This document shows, in pieces, positions 62,383 through 64,000 of a DNA stretch of 64,000 bases. This DNA is from Rhynchobatus australiae (taxonomy: Eukaryota), in the NCBI GenBank assembly GCA_034780895.1, contig JAUZTB010000107.1:44970148-45034147 (forward strand), in the 5' to 3' direction. How positions within the stretch are numbered: the first letter of the stretch is position 1; every line of letters starts with the position of its first letter. The notes beneath the pieces are model-generated. The model did no database searches. It was not told the DNA's origin and worked only from the letters and a program-made list of their open reading frames with translations. A program made the position numbers and the translations under genes.

Positions 62383-63509
62383 GTAAAGATTCTCTTTTGT
62401 TATTCACAGTTTAGGATTGTGGTATTCTTTTATAGCAGTGTTTTCTGGTTTTCTTTTTTCTGAGTTCATTAAATCCAGGTATCTGTCAAAGAGCAAGTTC
62501 TTTTGAGGTACAAATATCTATTCAGATAGATTTTTTTTATTTTTGAGCTGTCTTCAGTCAAAGATAAATTACTCAGATTTTCCACACACAGTCGCTCAAA
62601 CATTAAATACAAATTGGAAGTACTACTCGGTCATACATATTCCTTACTCTGGACATTGTAAGACTGCTGAGTAAATGACATCTTTTGATGATGATCCTGC
62701 AGCTCAGTGCCACTTACGTGCACTAAGCACATATCCCTCAATTCCCTTAATGTTTGGAACTTTGCAGTCTTGCACCACTTTCTTATCCAAGTAAGATTGA
62801 AACGTTGTGGTNNNNNNNNNNGGTCAGTGCTTCTGTTGTCCCCACATTTGCTTTCCATAGCAATCTAGGACATATCTGCACCAAAAGACATTGGCTTTAA
62901 TTGTCAGTTTATTTAGCACTCCTCTCTGTTTTTATCATATACAAAATCTACTTGTCCATCCTCTGTGACATTGCATGTGAATTTGTGATGAGGTTAAAAT
63001 ACTCATTCCATAACTTAGTTATGTATCTGTCTCCATTCTGATTTGCCCCTAATTAGAGCACATTAACTACCCTACTTTTTATAGATTACTAAAGTACTTT
63101 TGAAATTCCGACTTTCCCCATTCTCCTCTTGACCTTTTTTAAAATTTTCTCTTGGTTTTCCATGGTTTTCTGTGGAAATCTGGACTTGACGTTTGTCACA
63201 AATCTGTTTTGTTTATTCTATTTTTAATATTTTCTTTGTCATCATCCAGGCAGCTGTAGCTTTCGATACCTCATCTAAAGAGAACATGCTTGGTTTGCCT
63301 GCGTGTGTTCTCCACTTTGAAGACCTGTCATAGTTCATTTACTTTATTCTAGACCAGCTTCCACTTTTAAGTACATCTTTCATCCAGCCAGAAATAATTA
63401 CTTCCTACTCCTGCTGATGGCTAGGAACAGTATTAAGATTCTTTGTGGTACCTTANNNNNNNNACATTAAGGCAAAATTGGGTGGAATCTGAAATACATG
63501 TATCATAAA

Positions 63510-63780
63510 ATTCACAGCAGGTCAGGCAGCATCTCTGGAGAGAGAGAAACAGAGTCAATGTCTATTGGAGAGTCCTTTAAAGATTAATTTACAGGGGTAG
63601 ACAACCAGAATTGGGAGATTTTATTCTGCTTCTAACTAAGCTAATCTATGTGATGCTAATACTGTTCAAAACAGCGACATTAAATGAAAGATCATTCACC
63701 TGAAACATTAACTGTTCCTGCTTCCTGTCTCCATAGATGCTGTCTGATCTGACCTACATTTCCAATACTTTTTGTTTCTG
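63510..63780. repeat. Decayed Penelope-derived fold-back with spacer
   Basis: ggtcaggcagcatctctggagaga pairs with tctccatagatgctgtctgatc. A degenerate atgaaagatcattcacctgaaac core is present. Confidence 0.55.
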
Positions 63781-64000
63781 CTTGATACATTGCTTACATT
63801 AACACACAAATTTCAATATCAATGTAGTCAGCTCTGTCTCCTCCACCATCTAATTCCTGTCCTTTCTAGTTCTCTTAGTTCTGTTGTTGTCTGTTCCTCC
63901 TATGACCCTGTGCTGCCTCGGTGATGTAGCATTCTAATGTTATTCCCTGGCAAATTATTTGAATAATTCCCCACAATAATAATTCACTTCTCTATGAGAA

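Noticed and set aside
62383-64000. Search for SEC13 exon 5 (VNSVCWAPH..) and a neighbouring ghrelin gene
   Set aside because: No matching sequence was seen; both presumably lie beyond the window.

Overview
Vertebrate genomic DNA from a gapped draft assembly. It is most likely a cartilaginous fish (elasmobranch), inferred from HE1/V-SINE-like, HER1/CR1-like and Penelope-like repeats. Two genes lie head-to-head. On the minus strand is a CAND1/CAND2-family gene, most likely CAND2. Coding exons 2-11 are fully resolved (29992 to 886), the start codon sits at 35509-35507 on the edge of an N gap, and exons 12 onward lie outside the window. On the plus strand is SEC13, with coding exons 1-4 (ATG 40377 to 62382), continuing beyond the window. 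Introns and the ~4.9 kb intergenic region are full of decayed CR1, L2, Rex1, RTE, L1 and Penelope retroelements, V-SINEs and Tc1/Tigger DNA transposons. The main surprise is an intact two-exon, intron-containing fragment of a folliculin-interacting protein gene (FNIP2-like) in CAND2 intron 8. It is on the same strand and runs in frame into CAND2 exon 9; it could be a real ectopic duplication or a misassembly. Also notable are many Penelope-derived fold-back elements carrying minimal hammerhead-ribozyme-like cores, a G-rich higher-order minisatellite next to the SEC13 promoter, and a well-preserved IR/DR Tc1 element. Family assignments come from recalled consensus sequences, not database searches, and repeat boundaries are approximate.
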